Numbered from the stretch's first letter, positions 41,382 through 52,600 are shown. The stretch: 64,000 nt of DNA from Arcobacteraceae bacterium (GCA_963662945.1 OY759974.1:928001-992000), one strand, 5' to 3'. Notes: generated by a model from the letters alone, not told the origin. Numbers and translations: made by a program.

Positions 41382-43019
41382 CTAATTTGACAGAGGACCA
41401 TCAAAGAGTCCGTTTGCACTTCCACCAGGCAATAAATTTTCAGCTTCAGTTTGTGCATTTGATGATACTCGCAATGTTTGTGTTGGGTAAGCTATATGTA
41501 TATCATCTGCTGCTTTAAAAGCTTCAAGTATTTCCATACTAATCGTACTTCTTAAAGCTAAAGTTGCATAAGAGTTTGTATGATACCAAGCAGAGATTAC
41601 AATACCATAAGGCTCAATAAAGGAGAATACTCTAGGCTCTGGATTTGCACTTCTTAAAACATATTTTCTTCTCATCTTTTGTAATCTTTTTTTAGTAAGA
41701 TCAGTATACCCTTTTGCATGTGTTGAGACTATTGATTTTGCCAACTCAACTGCTCTTTGATGATTTGAATCAAATGTGATATATACATCAATTCCATCCC
41801 ACACTGTTCTTAGTTCATCAAAAGTATAATTTGCAATCATATCTGTAAAAATATAGTTATTTGGTATAAAAAACACCCTTCCCGTTCTTCTATTTTTCAT
41901 ATAAGATGTAAGTGTAATATCTTCTCGTACTGCTATTTTAAAAATAGATATATCAAGAACATCTCCAACTACTTCTGTTCCATCTCTTGTTACTTTTATT
42001 CTATCTCCAACAGAGATAGCTCCACTTGTCATAATAGCCATCCAACCAAAGATAGACATAAACCAATCTTTTAGAGCAATAGCAATCCCAGCTGATGCAA
42101 ATCCAAGAATAGTTACTAAATATGAAACATTGTCAATGTATGAAAAAAGTAATATAAACACAACTAAAATGATAAAAATAAAATTAATCAATTTATTAGT
42201 AGTATAGTGTTTATCATCATCATCTACATATTTTTTAAATGCCCTTTTTGCTCCAAAAGAGATACCAAATAAAACAATAATAATAGAGAGTAATTTCACT
42301 GTATGCCAAATCTCATCAGTGATTGAGTTATGGACTTCTTGTCTTGTTTGTAAAACTTTTTTTGTATAAACTTCATCTGTTGTTGAAACAATATCAACAA
42401 CCATTGTAAAATCAGTAACTTCAGACTTTGTCTTTTCTAATAATTCTTGTACTTTCTCATCTTTATTAATCTCATAAATACTATTTAAAACTGTAATTTT
42501 TGACTGAAGATTTTCAAGTACATTTTGTAACTCTTTTTTTATACTTTTATAACTATCTACACTTTCATCCAATTGTTGAATATAAGTCATTGCTTCTATG
42601 ATTGCAACGGGATTTGTTACTAATGGAATTTGTCCAATTGTATTTGGTGTAATTTGCTTACCTATTGGAGAATCTTTATATTCACTTATTAACTCTAACT
42701 CATTTTCTTTAATTTTTATTTTATTATATAACTGATAGGAAAGTTCTTTATATTTTTCACCTTTCCATCCAGCATATTTTTTAGCGTCAGACTTTATTTT
42801 TTCTAACTCTTTTTCAAGTTTTCTATATGTTAAATAGTTATTATATCTTGTAATCCAAATATTATTTGACAAATCATCATTAATTTCTACTAACTCTTTT
42901 TGTAAAGCAGCCATCTTTTGGGCTGTTATCTCTTGAGGAGTTTCAAGTTTTGTATCATCAGCAACTAATGATGATACCAATAAAATAGATAATGCTAAAG
43001 CTTTTAATATATTTTTCAA
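41382..43019 (-). CDS. MscS-family mechanosensitive channel
   Basis: Signal peptide, coiled coil, TM helices, GFASAGIAIAL, VGDRI, IPN, IAYP. Confidence 0.9.
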   Translation of the reverse strand: MKNILKALALSILLVSSLVADDTKLETPQEITAQKMAALQKELVEINDDLSNNIWITRYNNYLTYRKLEKELEKIKSDAKKYAGWKGEKYKELSYQLYNKIKIKENELELISEYKDSPIGKQITPNTIGQIPLVTNPVAIIEAMTYIQQLDESVDSYKSIKKELQNVLENLQSKITVLNSIYEINKDEKVQELLEKTKSEVTDFTMVVDIVSTTDEVYTKKVLQTRQEVHNSITDEIWHTVKLLSIIIVLFGISFGAKRAFKKYVDDDDKHYTTNKLINFIFIILVVFILLFSYIDNVSYLVTILGFASAGIAIALKDWFMSIFGWMAIMTSGAISVGDRIKVTRDGTEVVGDVLDISIFKIAVREDITLTSYMKNRRTGRVFFIPNNYIFTDMIANYTFDELRTVWDGIDVYITFDSNHQRAVELAKSIVSTHAKGYTDLTKKRLQKMRRKYVLRSANPEPRVFSFIEPYGIVISAWYHTNSYATLALRSTISMEILEAFKAADDIHIAYPTQTLRVSSNAQTEAENLLPGGSANGLFDGPLSN

Positions 43020-44050
43020 CTAAACTCCTTTAACACTGAGATTACATCATTTTTTGAAACCTCATCAGTAATTTTACAATCGCCAATACCAATAGCAAGA
43101 ATAAATTTAATTTTGTCATCTAATGATTTTTTATCTAAGAAAAAATGCTCATAAAAATCTTCAACATCTTTTATATTATAAGTTGTAGGAATATTATACT
43201 TTTGTAACTGTATCTCAATTCTTCTAGCTTCATCTTCTGTCATCAAGCCAAGTTTTACGGAAACTTTATTTGCCATCATTATCCCAATACCCACAGCTTC
43301 TCCATGTAAGTATGTATCATAATTAGTCTCATTTTCAACCACATGACCAAAAGTATGTCCATAGTTTAATGCTGCTCTTAAACCTTGCTCTTTCTCATCT
43401 TGAGATACAACCCATGCTTTTGTTTCTACTGATTTAGCAATGGCAACTTTAATATTATCCGTATCATTTAAATCATTATTTTCTATCCATTCAAAAAATT
43501 CTTTGTTAAAACAAACTGCCATTTTAATTATCTCAGCAACCCCAGCTCCAAATTCTCTTTTTGGCAAAGTAGCTAAAAAATATGGATCAATATATACAGC
43601 AATTGGTTGATGAAACGCACCTACAAGATTTTTTCCAAACTTATTATTTATACCTGTTTTCCCACCAACACTTGCATCAACTTGACTTAAAAGTGTAGTA
43701 GGAATTTGTATGAAGTCTATACCTCTTTGATAAATACTAGCAGCAAATCCTGTCATATCCCCTATAACACCGCCTCCAAATGCTATTAAAACTGAACTTC
43801 TATTTAATTTATGAGTAAAACAGTGTTCAAGAATATCTTCTATCGTTTTCAACGTTTTATATTGTTCACCATCAGGTATTGTCACTACACTTAAATCTTT
43901 TGCCTTTATTTTTGTAAGCAAATAATCTAAATGTAGATTTGAGATCGTAGGATTTGTTACAATCACTACTTTTTTATCGATTGTTATTTCTTGTAAGTTG
44001 TCTATAGTTATATCATAAGAGGTGTCAGGGAGGGTGATATTTACAATCAT
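43016..44050 (-). CDS. aroB: 3-dehydroquinate synthase
   Basis: GGGVIGD, PTTLLSQVDASVGGKTG, LNYGHTFGH, HGEAV. Confidence 0.97.
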   Translation of the reverse strand: MIVNITLPDTSYDITIDNLQEITIDKKVVIVTNPTISNLHLDYLLTKIKAKDLSVVTIPDGEQYKTLKTIEDILEHCFTHKLNRSSVLIAFGGGVIGDMTGFAASIYQRGIDFIQIPTTLLSQVDASVGGKTGINNKFGKNLVGAFHQPIAVYIDPYFLATLPKREFGAGVAEIIKMAVCFNKEFFEWIENNDLNDTDNIKVAIAKSVETKAWVVSQDEKEQGLRAALNYGHTFGHVVENETNYDTYLHGEAVGIGIMMANKVSVKLGLMTEDEARRIEIQLQKYNIPTTYNIKDVEDFYEHFFLDKKSLDDKIKFILAIGIGDCKITDEVSKNDVISVLKEFS

Positions 44051-44114
44051 TTCAGTCCTATTTTATTTAAAAGTATTTTTATCGATTTTACCTAAAATAT
44101 GCTGAAATAAATTG

Positions 44115-44489
44115 CTAATGAAACAGTGAGTTTAATAAATTTTGAATATCTTTTGTCAATTTTTTTACTTTGCCATCAACTACCAGTACCAATAAAACAG
44201 TTGTACTAAATAAAAGTTCTTTTTCTCTATAAATTTCATGAAAAAGTTCAAAAGAAGCACCTTTCATTTGTGTCACTTTTGTTGTTACTTCAATTACATC
44301 TCCGAACTTTGCACTAGATATAAAGTCACAACTCATTTTACGAACAACAAAATGTGCTCCATCAACTATAGGCAACATCTCTTTTCTAAAAAAATACTCA
44401 CTTCTAGCTCTCTCACAAAAGTTTAAATAATTGGAATGATAAACTATTCCACCTGCGTCTGTATCTTCGTAATAAACTCTTATTTGCAC
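44115..44489 (-). CDS. ybgC: YbgC/FadM-family acyl-CoA thioesterase
   Basis: RVYYEDTDAGGIVYHSNYL.FCERAR. Confidence 0.9.
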   Translation of the reverse strand: MQIRVYYEDTDAGGIVYHSNYLNFCERARSEYFFRKEMLPIVDGAHFVVRKMSCDFISSAKFGDVIEVTTKVTQMKGASFELFHEIYREKELLFSTTVLLVLVVDGKVKKLTKDIQNLLNSLFH

Positions 44490-44549
44490 TTTATAAATCC
44501 TTTATTTATTATTGTATTATTTTACTTCAACAATCTTTTAAATTGCAAA

Positions 44550-45002
44550 CTAAAGTATCTTAAATCTATATTTGCTAATAAATTGGGTAGGAAGTACAAT
44601 CCCAATAGCAATAGCTCCAAATACCATCCATGTTCTTAACCCATAATGCAAAGATTGTATAATAATATCTTGATTCATAATCTGATGAGTTGATATTTGA
44701 ATCAAACCTATCATAGCTTTATATGCATTGATTGTAGGAACTAAGACGATAGAACTACTAATAGCATAAACCAAAATTGGTATATTTTGTTTATGAGTGA
44801 AATATAAACACATAATCCCGATACAAAATGCTGCAACAAATGTTGAAAATTCTAAACTAAAACCATATTTTAGCATATTTTTTTTAACAAGGACAGCAAC
44901 TATTCCAATAAGAACAATAGGGATTAGTGCTCGCTTTGGGGCATTAAAAAGTATTGCAAAAGCCAAAGAAACAAATAAACCTATAAAAATATCAAGTATC
45001 AT
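44550..45002 (-). CDS. ThrE-family exporter, small subunit (YjjB-like)
   Basis: FAILFNAP, LVP...AY.AM; hydrophobic; paired with the adjacent ThrE protein. Confidence 0.85.
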   Translation of the reverse strand: MILDIFIGLFVSLAFAILFNAPKRALIPIVLIGIVAVLVKKNMLKYGFSLEFSTFVAAFCIGIMCLYFTHKQNIPILVYAISSSIVLVPTINAYKAMIGLIQISTHQIMNQDIIIQSLHYGLRTWMVFGAIAIGIVLPTQFISKYRFKIL

Positions 45003-45760
45003 AAAAAATTCTCCACACCTAAAATATTTAATGCCAATGTTATCCCTATTGCAATAGCAAAAGAAACAATAACACCCCTTACTCCCCTAATAAAACCTGT
45101 AGTATAGTGTCGTTTTGTAAGATCGTTAACAGAATTGATAAATGCAACACTTGGAACTAAAAAGAGTATTGAAGATGCAATAGCAATATGTGCTGTATCA
45201 TTATGTAAATTCAAAAGACCAGAAATCATAGTTGTTGTAAATGCTACTAACATAATTACAATAAAAGGATTAAAGTATCGTTTTAACATAAAACCATTAA
45301 GATAAAATCCAATATAAGAAGCTATAAAAGTAGTGATGAATATATAAATATCTCCACCGAAAAGTAAACTAAAAAAAGCACATCCAATACCTGCCATAAT
45401 ATTTCTTTGGTAATAAGGATAGATAAAACTGAAATTGTTTTCATCTTTAAGTTTTGCTGTTAATTGTAGAATATCTGATGTAGCGTCCATATCTTCTATC
45501 ATTGTTTCTACTTTATCAAGTGCACTAAAGTTTACATCTTGTCTCTCTGCCCTTTGTAATTTAACATTATAAACTGTTTCCTCCGAAGGAAGACTAAGCA
45601 ATATAACATTAGGAAGAATAAGTATCTCAATATCATTGTAAGCTAATTTTGAAGCAGCTTTTTTTATACTTGTTTCAACTAGTTCCGTCTCTGCACCGTG
45701 TTGTAAAAGTAATTTTCCTATTTGTGATAAGAAATCTATTATTTGTTTCTCTTTGACCAT
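44999..45760 (-). CDS. ThrE-family exporter (YjjP-like)
   Basis: GKLLLQHGAET.LVE, FSLLFGG, LFLVP.V.FIN.V.D. Confidence 0.88.
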   Translation of the reverse strand: MVKEKQIIDFLSQIGKLLLQHGAETELVETSIKKAASKLAYNDIEILILPNVILLSLPSEETVYNVKLQRAERQDVNFSALDKVETMIEDMDATSDILQLTAKLKDENNFSFIYPYYQRNIMAGIGCAFFSLLFGGDIYIFITTFIASYIGFYLNGFMLKRYFNPFIVIMLVAFTTTMISGLLNLHNDTAHIAIASSILFLVPSVAFINSVNDLTKRHYTTGFIRGVRGVIVSFAIAIGITLALNILGVENFL

Positions 45761-45947
45761 TAAATCATGCCTTTTTATAAAAATGACATTATACTTGAAA
45801 TTTTATACATAATCACCAAAAAAACTATTAATATATATAAAAAATATTTTTTACATTTTCTGTAAATAAATTTTATAAGTTATTGTTGAAATAAGATATT
45901 TAAAGGTATAATTCGTTTATAAATTCTCAATATTTCAAGGTGTTTTT

Positions 45948-46337
45948 GTGTCTATTTTTGCTTTACAATCCTTAGCAGGTGGATTTTTAGATGAAGATTT
46001 AAACCACTTTAACAAAATTTTCGATGATTGGTGTGTTCAATTTGAGAGTTATGATGATGCAATGACCATATTACAAACTCTTGAAAATAAAGAAAATATA
46101 GTTGTTGTTGAGATAACACCATTAAGTTACCCAAAATATTTTTTTAAATCTTTACAAGGTACCGTTTATTTAACACGACAAATTGAAGACAAAATTATCT
46201 GTGCTGTAGAACCATTTATGGGTTCTAGCTTTAAAATTGCCATATGTGATCTTAAAACAAAAAATGTAAGATTTACAAAAACAAACTATAAAACTATTAC
46301 AAGTATTGAAGCTGCTTTTAGCAACTTTAGTGAGTAA
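45948..46337 (+). CDS. Hypothetical protein
   Basis: 129-aa ORF, GTG start with AAGG, upstream GGTATAAT. Confidence 0.65.
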   Translation: MSIFALQSLAGGFLDEDLNHFNKIFDDWCVQFESYDDAMTILQTLENKENIVVVEITPLSYPKYFFKSLQGTVYLTRQIEDKIICAVEPFMGSSFKIAICDLKTKNVRFTKTNYKTITSIEAAFSNFSE

Positions 46338-46416
46338 TAGTTTTCATTAAGGATGAAAGTAATATAGGTATGTTAATATCTAAACTATTAGTTATACAAA
46401 AAAACAAGGAGTTAAT

Positions 46417-47208
46417 ATGGATAAGAGGATTATTAACGGTTTAGAGGTACAAACTTACGGTAAAGATATCAATCAATCTATAGTTTTCATACATGGATTT
46501 CCTTTTGACCATACACTTTGGAATAATGTAATCGATGAACTTAAAGATGCATATTACTGTATATCTTATGATATCAGAGGTTTTGGTAACTCCGAGTATA
46601 ATACAGGACAATACACAATGGAAAGTTATGTAGAAGATTTAGAGAACATAATCTCTAAATTAAAGTTAAATAAACCTATCATTTGTGGATTTTCTATGGG
46701 TGGATATATTGCACTAAGGATAAATGAAAAACAACCAAAAAATTTTAAAGCATTAATACTTGCAAATACAACTACAACTAGTGATAACGATGATGCAAAA
46801 CTAAAACGTTCTAGTGCTATTTCTAGTATTGATAAGGAGGGAATCGAACCTTTTTTAGAAACGTTTTTTTCAGTTGCTTTTAGTGAAAACTACACTAAAA
46901 ATGAATCTCTAACACTTAAAAAACTTAAAGATAAAATTATGAACTTTAATCCTCTGGGAATCAAAGGTGGTTTTTTGGCTATGATTAGTAGAATGGATAC
47001 AACCGAAAGCTTAAAAAAGATCGAGATTCCTGTACTGTTAATAACTGCAGAAAATGATAAAGTTATATCTCCAGATATTATGGAGCAAATGGCAAGCAAA
47101 ATCAACAATAGTACCTTTGTATCTTTAAATAATAGTGGCCATTTAAGTATGCTTGAAAATCCAGTTCAATTTAATAATGCTATTAGTAAATTTTTAGAAA
47201 CTATTTAG
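46417..47208 (+). CDS. Alpha/beta hydrolase (PcaD-like)
   Basis: HGFP, DIRGFG, GFSMGG nucleophile elbow, C-terminal GH. Confidence 0.9.
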   Translation: MDKRIINGLEVQTYGKDINQSIVFIHGFPFDHTLWNNVIDELKDAYYCISYDIRGFGNSEYNTGQYTMESYVEDLENIISKLKLNKPIICGFSMGGYIALRINEKQPKNFKALILANTTTTSDNDDAKLKRSSAISSIDKEGIEPFLETFFSVAFSENYTKNESLTLKKLKDKIMNFNPLGIKGGFLAMISRMDTTESLKKIEIPVLLITAENDKVISPDIMEQMASKINNSTFVSLNNSGHLSMLENPVQFNNAISKFLETI

Positions 47209-47304
47209 ACTTATTTGTACCTTATAAACCTTTTTATAATAATATAATGATATTATTTCTAAAATTAGAGATTAAGTGAAACAATAATAAGGAAGGATTA
47301 CCAC

Positions 47305-47829
47305 TTGAGAAATAAGTCAATTTTATTAAAAACTGTCATAATTATATTGTGTTCTTTTTTAATGACAGGTTGTTCAGATGATAAAAAAAGTGAAAAAAAG
47401 ACAAAAGAATATAGTTATTTTTATCCTGCAAAAGATACATTAAAAGAGATTACTAAACACGAAACTATTTATATACCTGTATATTCTCATGTTTATACTT
47501 CAGAAGAAAAATATGAAAGAATGGGAATCACTTTAAGTATACGAAATACTGATATGGCAGAAAATATGCTAGTAGAAAATATATCTTATTTCAATACAGC
47601 TGGTGATTTAATTGAAACATATATCTCTAAACCACATATATTAACACCTATGGCTTCGATTGATTTTGTGGTAGACTTAAAAGATATGAGAGGTGGTTCT
47701 GGAGCGAATTTCATTATCAAATGGGCTGCTTCAGAAACTCTTTCTAGACCAGTTATTCAAGCAGTTATGGTCAATAATTCTGGAAATAGAGCTTTCTCTT
47801 TTATTACAGATGGCACTATTGTTAAATAA
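47305..47829 (+). CDS. DUF3124-like lipoprotein
   Basis: Lipobox MTGC; IYIPVYSHVY, LSIRNTD, GGSGANFI..W. Confidence 0.8.
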   Translation: MRNKSILLKTVIIILCSFLMTGCSDDKKSEKKTKEYSYFYPAKDTLKEITKHETIYIPVYSHVYTSEEKYERMGITLSIRNTDMAENMLVENISYFNTAGDLIETYISKPHILTPMASIDFVVDLKDMRGGSGANFIIKWAASETLSRPVIQAVMVNNSGNRAFSFITDGTIVK

Positions 47830-47842
47830 GCGTAATAATAAA

Positions 47843-48244
47843 ATGAAGAAACTAATCATACTAACACTTATTTTAACCCAATCAATTTTTGCTGATGGAC
47901 TAAAAACTATTAATGCAATTTCAGATATCCCAAAAAATAAAAATGTTGTGTTAATTTTTTCTATGCAATTTTGTCCTTATTGTATTAGACAAGAAAAAAG
48001 TATTTTAAATAAAGTACAGCCTCAATTCAGTAATATTGAATATCTTAAAGTTATGAGAGGGACAAAAGTTTTTCAAGAACTTATTGAAACTGGAAATTTT
48101 GGAGAAGTTGAATATTATCCCACAACATTTATTTTAAAAGTTGATCAAGAAAATCAAATCGACGTAAAATTTCCATTTAAAGGATTTCAAAAATCTAGTA
48201 ATCTTATCAATGTATTAAATGACAAAGAGATAATGACAGATTAA
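47843..48244 (+). CDS. Exported thioredoxin-fold protein
   Basis: Start reassigned to MKKLIIL (signal peptide); CPYC and YYPT cis-Pro motifs. Confidence 0.8.
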   Translation: MKKLIILTLILTQSIFADGLKTINAISDIPKNKNVVLIFSMQFCPYCIRQEKSILNKVQPQFSNIEYLKVMRGTKVFQELIETGNFGEVEYYPTTFILKVDQENQIDVKFPFKGFQKSSNLINVLNDKEIMTD

Positions 48245-48247
48245 ATT

Positions 48248-49186
48248 TTATAGAAAATTTTTCAATGCTTTTTTAGTCAATGATGAAATTGGCATTGTAT
48301 CAATTTCATCTAAATCAATCCAAATAATTTCATCTGTTAAATCCTCTACTTTATAAAGCTTAACACTTAAACGATATTTTGTATAGCTATGTTTAAATTC
48401 CCCTATAAAATTTTCCTCTATTGGGTCAACTGTTGGTAACTCTAACATCTCTTTATACATTTTTCCTGTTGTTTTTACTAGAGCTACTTTTCTATTTTGA
48501 GTATGGAGTGCATAAAATAAATCTAATGACTCATACTCTTTTTTCTTTTTTTGTGTATAAAGTTCTGGATTAACTTTCCCACTACATTCCATATATAAAG
48601 GACACTCTTCACATAAAGGATTTGTAGGGGTACAAACCATTGAACCTAAATCCATCAATGCTAGATTGTGTTTTGTTGGCTCTTTAATATTTAAAAACTT
48701 ATCTGCATTTTCCCATATTAGTGTATCTACTACCTCAATAAGAGCAAAATAACGTTTCAAAACTCTTGCTATATTTGTATCAACTACACTTACTTTTTGA
48801 TGATATCCAAAACTACAAATTGCACTTGCAGTATATTTTCCAATACCTGGAAGTTTTTGAAGTGCATCCATATTACAAGGTATTGTATCCACGCATAGTT
48901 GTGCTGTTTTATGAAGATTACGAGCCCTTGAATAATAACCAAGCCCACTCCAACAAGATAACACTTCATTTAAATTAGCATTTGAAAGAGATTGTAAAGT
49001 TGGAAATTTCTCTAAAAACCTTGGATAATATTCACTTTCCACTCTATTCACTTGAGTTTGTTGAAGCATTATTTCACTTAAATAGATATGGTAAATTTCA
49101 TTGGTATTTCGCCATAAAAGATGATGACGTCCAAATTTTTCATACCATTCTAAGAGTCTTGTGTGTTCTTTTGAAAAATTATCCAT
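48248..49186 (-). CDS. mutY: A/G-specific adenine glycosylase
   Basis: SEIMLQQTQV, WSGLGYYSRARNL, LPGIG.YTA, C-x6-C-x2-C-x5-C. Confidence 0.95.
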   Translation of the reverse strand: MDNFSKEHTRLLEWYEKFGRHHLLWRNTNEIYHIYLSEIMLQQTQVNRVESEYYPRFLEKFPTLQSLSNANLNEVLSCWSGLGYYSRARNLHKTAQLCVDTIPCNMDALQKLPGIGKYTASAICSFGYHQKVSVVDTNIARVLKRYFALIEVVDTLIWENADKFLNIKEPTKHNLALMDLGSMVCTPTNPLCEECPLYMECSGKVNPELYTQKKKKEYESLDLFYALHTQNRKVALVKTTGKMYKEMLELPTVDPIEENFIGEFKHSYTKYRLSVKLYKVEDLTDEIIWIDLDEIDTMPISSLTKKALKNFL

Positions 49187-49196
49187 ATAAATTTAA

Positions 49197-49754
49197 TTAA
49201 CAAAAATCTGCTAATAATCCAGATTTTAAAGAGTTATAAACCTCATCACCTTTGTATTTTTTCACAATGTAAAGAGCAAAACACATAGCAGTACCCGGAC
49301 CTCTAGAAGTTAGGATATTCCCCTCTTCAACTATTTTCTCATCAGGATGATAACCATCTAATCTAATATCTTCCTCAACTGATGGATAACAAGTATAATT
49401 TTGAGATAATACACCCGCACTATTTAAAGCATAGGGTGCTGCACAAATTGCTGCTATATCTTTGTTTTTACTATTCATCTCTTTTAATAAGTTTTGAACA
49501 GAGCTATCTTGAGCTAATAACTTTGTACCACCCCAACCACCAGGTAATAAAATCATATCAATATCTTCTGAAGTGATATTTTCAATACTCATATCTGCTA
49601 TAACTTTTATATTATGAGCACCTTGAACTTCCAAATTATCTTCTAACGATGCTGTAATAACATTAATTTCTGCTCGTCTTAAAACATCTATTAAACTTAT
49701 AGCTTCTATCTCTTCAAACCCTGTAGCAATTGGTATTAAAATAGTTTTCATCAT
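49197..49754 (-). CDS. DJ-1/YajL (ThiJ) family protein
   Basis: GFEEIEA, LPGG, AICAAP, TSRGPGT. Confidence 0.92.
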   Translation of the reverse strand: MMKTILIPIATGFEEIEAISLIDVLRRAEINVITASLEDNLEVQGAHNIKVIADMSIENITSEDIDMILLPGGWGGTKLLAQDSSVQNLLKEMNSKNKDIAAICAAPYALNSAGVLSQNYTCYPSVEEDIRLDGYHPDEKIVEEGNILTSRGPGTAMCFALYIVKKYKGDEVYNSLKSGLLADFC

Positions 49755-49778
49755 ATTCTCCTAGTTGTAAAAATACTA

Positions 49779-50369
49779 TTATATTAATAGTCCACTTCCA
49801 ATTACATTATAGGTTACATTTAGTATCTTATCATCGATTTTTACACCGCCTATAGCACCAACTGGATGTTTTGATATTTTTGCTAAATATGAGATATTAT
49901 CTCCTAAGATATGCGATACATCTTTAGTATTTGTAGCCCGATATGCACCAAGACCAATATAATCTAAATCTAATCTATTGGCTCTTAAAATCTCTTTTTC
50001 ATTATGGGTAGAAAGACCAAAAATTTTATTTGGATATTTTTTTCGTAAAAATTTAAAGAGTAACTCTTCATTATTGATTTTCAACTCTTTATTTTTAACT
50101 CTTTCTAAATCCTCTTGCCCCAAATGCAATCCATCTGCTACTTCTAAAAGTTCTAATTTATCATTAATAATAGTAGGAATATTTGTAAGTGATTTTAATA
50201 AAAGAATATTTTGTTTTTGAACTTCAATAGAGTTTATTTTATCTCTATATTGAATATATACGATGTTATATCTTGAAATATGCTGTAAATATTGAGAAAG
50301 TGTGAAATTGAATTTATTTAATAATTCAATATCACATAAAGCATAAATCGGTGTATTATGCAACGGCAT
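49779..50369 (-). CDS. thiE: Thiamine-phosphate synthase
   Basis: [28 protein letters not shown]. Confidence 0.85.
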   Translation of the reverse strand: MPLHNTPIYALCDIELLNKFNFTLSQYLQHISRYNIVYIQYRDKINSIEVQKQNILLLKSLTNIPTIINDKLELLEVADGLHLGQEDLERVKNKELKINNEELLFKFLRKKYPNKIFGLSTHNEKEILRANRLDLDYIGLGAYRATNTKDVSHILGDNISYLAKISKHPVGAIGGVKIDDKILNVTYNVIGSGLLI

Positions 50370-51243
50370 CTTTATAGAAAAGTTTTAATAAGTCATGTAA
50401 AGTTTGTTTCATCTCATTTCTTTGAGTTACCATATCAATACTTCCATGTTCAAGTAAAAATTCTGCTTTTTGGAAACCATCTGGTAGATCTTTTCCAATT
50501 GTTTGTTTAATAACTCTTGCACCTGCAAAACCTATTAGTGCTCCTGGTTCTGCCATAATAATATCACCAAGGAATGCAAAACTTGCACTCACCCCACCAA
50601 ATGTTGGGTCAGTTAAAATTGAAATAAAAGGCAATCCTTCATTATCAAGTTTTCTAAGTGCAGCACTTGTTTTAGCCATCTGCATTAAAGAAAAAGTAGA
50701 TTCTTGCATTCTAGCTCCACCTGAAGCACTTACAATAATCACACCTTGTCTTTTTTCAATAGCTCTATTACAAGCTCGAACTATCTTTTCACCTTCAACA
50801 GAACCTAAACTTCCACCTAAAAATGAAAAATCAAAAACTACAAGCTGTACTGCAACTCCACCAATAGTACATTCACCACCAACAACTGATGATGTTTTAC
50901 CTGTTTTATGTAAAGCTTCTTCTAGTCTTTTTTGATACGATTTACTATCTACAAAAGATAAAGGGTCTGTAGGGTGTAATTCACTATCAAACTCTACAAA
51001 ACTTCCCTCATCTGCAAGTAAATCAATTCTTTTCTTTGCCCCAATTCTCATATGAAAATTACATTTAGGACATACATGATTTAAATTTTCAACCTCTTTA
51101 AAAAACATTAATGATTCACAAGATGGACACTTTACCCAATGACTCTGATTTTCTATAAATTTAGGGTCATTTTTTTGTTTCTCTTGTTTTTCTAAAACTT
51201 CATTTTTTATTTTATTAAAAAAATTTTTTAAATTTAAATCCAT
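50356..51243 (-). CDS. accD: Acetyl-CoA carboxylase carboxyltransferase beta subunit
   Basis: WVKCPSC..CPKC zinc finger, [19 protein letters not shown]. Confidence 0.97.
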   Translation of the reverse strand: MDLNLKNFFNKIKNEVLEKQEKQKNDPKFIENQSHWVKCPSCESLMFFKEVENLNHVCPKCNFHMRIGAKKRIDLLADEGSFVEFDSELHPTDPLSFVDSKSYQKRLEEALHKTGKTSSVVGGECTIGGVAVQLVVFDFSFLGGSLGSVEGEKIVRACNRAIEKRQGVIIVSASGGARMQESTFSLMQMAKTSAALRKLDNEGLPFISILTDPTFGGVSASFAFLGDIIMAEPGALIGFAGARVIKQTIGKDLPDGFQKAEFLLEHGSIDMVTQRNEMKQTLHDLLKLFYKDAVA

Positions 51244-51274
51244 ATAGTTGCCTTTTATATTTTAGTGTGATATT

Positions 51275-52498
51275 TTATCTCAAATTTTGAAATTTTTCAA
51301 GTTCATCAAGTTTTTCCCACGGATAATCAGGTTGACCAACTTGTCCTCTTGCAGCTACATCTGCATAAAGGAAAGTATCTGCACTTGGGTGGTCAAGATT
51401 AAACTTTCTTGTAATCCAATTTGGAGTAAGTGGAAAATTATTTTCAACAAATGTAGATAAGGCATCATCATTTAATGATGTATATGTTCCATAAGTATCC
51501 ACTGCAACAGAAGTTGGACGTGCAACTCCAATTGCATAAGAGATTTGTACTACACATTTTGTAGCAAGTCCAGCTGCAACTATATGTTTTGCAATATATC
51601 TTGCAGCATATAATCCACTTCTATCAACTTTTGTATAGTCTTTAGAACTTTGAGCTCCTCCACCTATTGGAGAATATCCACCAAAACTATCAACGATAAG
51701 TTTTCTACCTGTTAAACCACTATCATGTAAACTAGAGTGAGATACATATTTTCCTGTTGGATTTATATGGATAATACACTCATCTTTATTATATAGTTCA
51801 GTTGGTAATCCTGTTTCATCAATAAGTTTTTGAATTAAAATTCTTACTGTTTGAATATCCATAGATGCTACACAAGGTGCACTTACAACTATAGTATCTA
51901 TTTTTTGTGGTTGTGATTTTTCAAAATTTTCTTTACAACCATAATCCATAGTAACTTGTGTTTTAATATCAACACCAAGTTCACTTGGATTTGCTAAAGC
52001 ATAGTCATATACTTTTTGCATTAACATTCTTGCATATGTAATAGCACTTGGCATATAGTTTTCAGTTTCACAATCTGCGTAACCAAACATAATACCTTGA
52101 TCACCAGCACCTGTTTCACCATCTTCTTGATCAACACCTTGGTTAATGTCAGGTGATTGTCTGTTTAAAAGTACTTGTACTTCAACATCTTCAGGGTGTA
52201 AACACTCTTGCTTTGAAAAATATGGATTACCGTTGTATCCAATTTTTGCTAGTGCATCATGTACAATTTGTATATACTCTTCAGTTGTTACTTTTGTTGC
52301 ACTTGTAACTTCTCCACCTATAACTACATGTTTTCCAGCCACAAATACTTCACTTGCAACTCTTGATTTAGCATCACCAATAATAAGTTTATCAACTATA
52401 CTATCTGCTATAATATCTGCACATTTATCTGGATGTCCTGGGCTTACTACTTCACTTGTAAATAAGTAATGATTTTTTGCGTGTTGTTTGTTTTCCAT
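51275..52498 (-). CDS. metK: S-adenosylmethionine synthetase
   Basis: LFTSEVVSPGHPDK, GAGDQG, GLTGRK, GGGAQSSKD.TKVDRS; start taken as ATG 52498. Confidence 0.97.
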   Translation of the reverse strand: MENKQHAKNHYLFTSEVVSPGHPDKCADIIADSIVDKLIIGDAKSRVASEVFVAGKHVVIGGEVTSATKVTTEEYIQIVHDALAKIGYNGNPYFSKQECLHPEDVEVQVLLNRQSPDINQGVDQEDGETGAGDQGIMFGYADCETENYMPSAITYARMLMQKVYDYALANPSELGVDIKTQVTMDYGCKENFEKSQPQKIDTIVVSAPCVASMDIQTVRILIQKLIDETGLPTELYNKDECIIHINPTGKYVSHSSLHDSGLTGRKLIVDSFGGYSPIGGGAQSSKDYTKVDRSGLYAARYIAKHIVAAGLATKCVVQISYAIGVARPTSVAVDTYGTYTSLNDDALSTFVENNFPLTPNWITRKFNLDHPSADTFLYADVAARGQVGQPDYPWEKLDELEKFQNLR

Positions 52499-52600
52499 TT
52501 TTGTTTTCCATTCTTTTGTTTTCCGCAATAGTTTTTTTAAAAAATAAAAAAAGCCATCGTCTGTTTTCCATTCTTTTGTTTTCCATCTTTGTTTTCCATT
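52487..52600 (-). repeat. Six direct repeats of (AT)GGAAAACA(AAAG) in the metK leader
   Basis: ATGGAAAAC units start at 52599, 52586, 52571, 52511 and 52498, plus a GCGGAAAAC unit near 52526. Confidence 0.85.

Noticed and set aside
47693-47842. Long N-terminal extension of the thioredoxin-like ORF (likewise amtB, metK and the CydA-like ORF)
   Set aside because: Downstream ATGs are better supported by RBS, signal peptide or family N-terminus; the 47693 start overlaps the upstream gene
50050-50110. Short Lys/Glu/Asn-rich insertion in ThiE ([16 protein letters not shown])
   Set aside because: Probably a tolerated low-complexity loop insertion; no evidence of function
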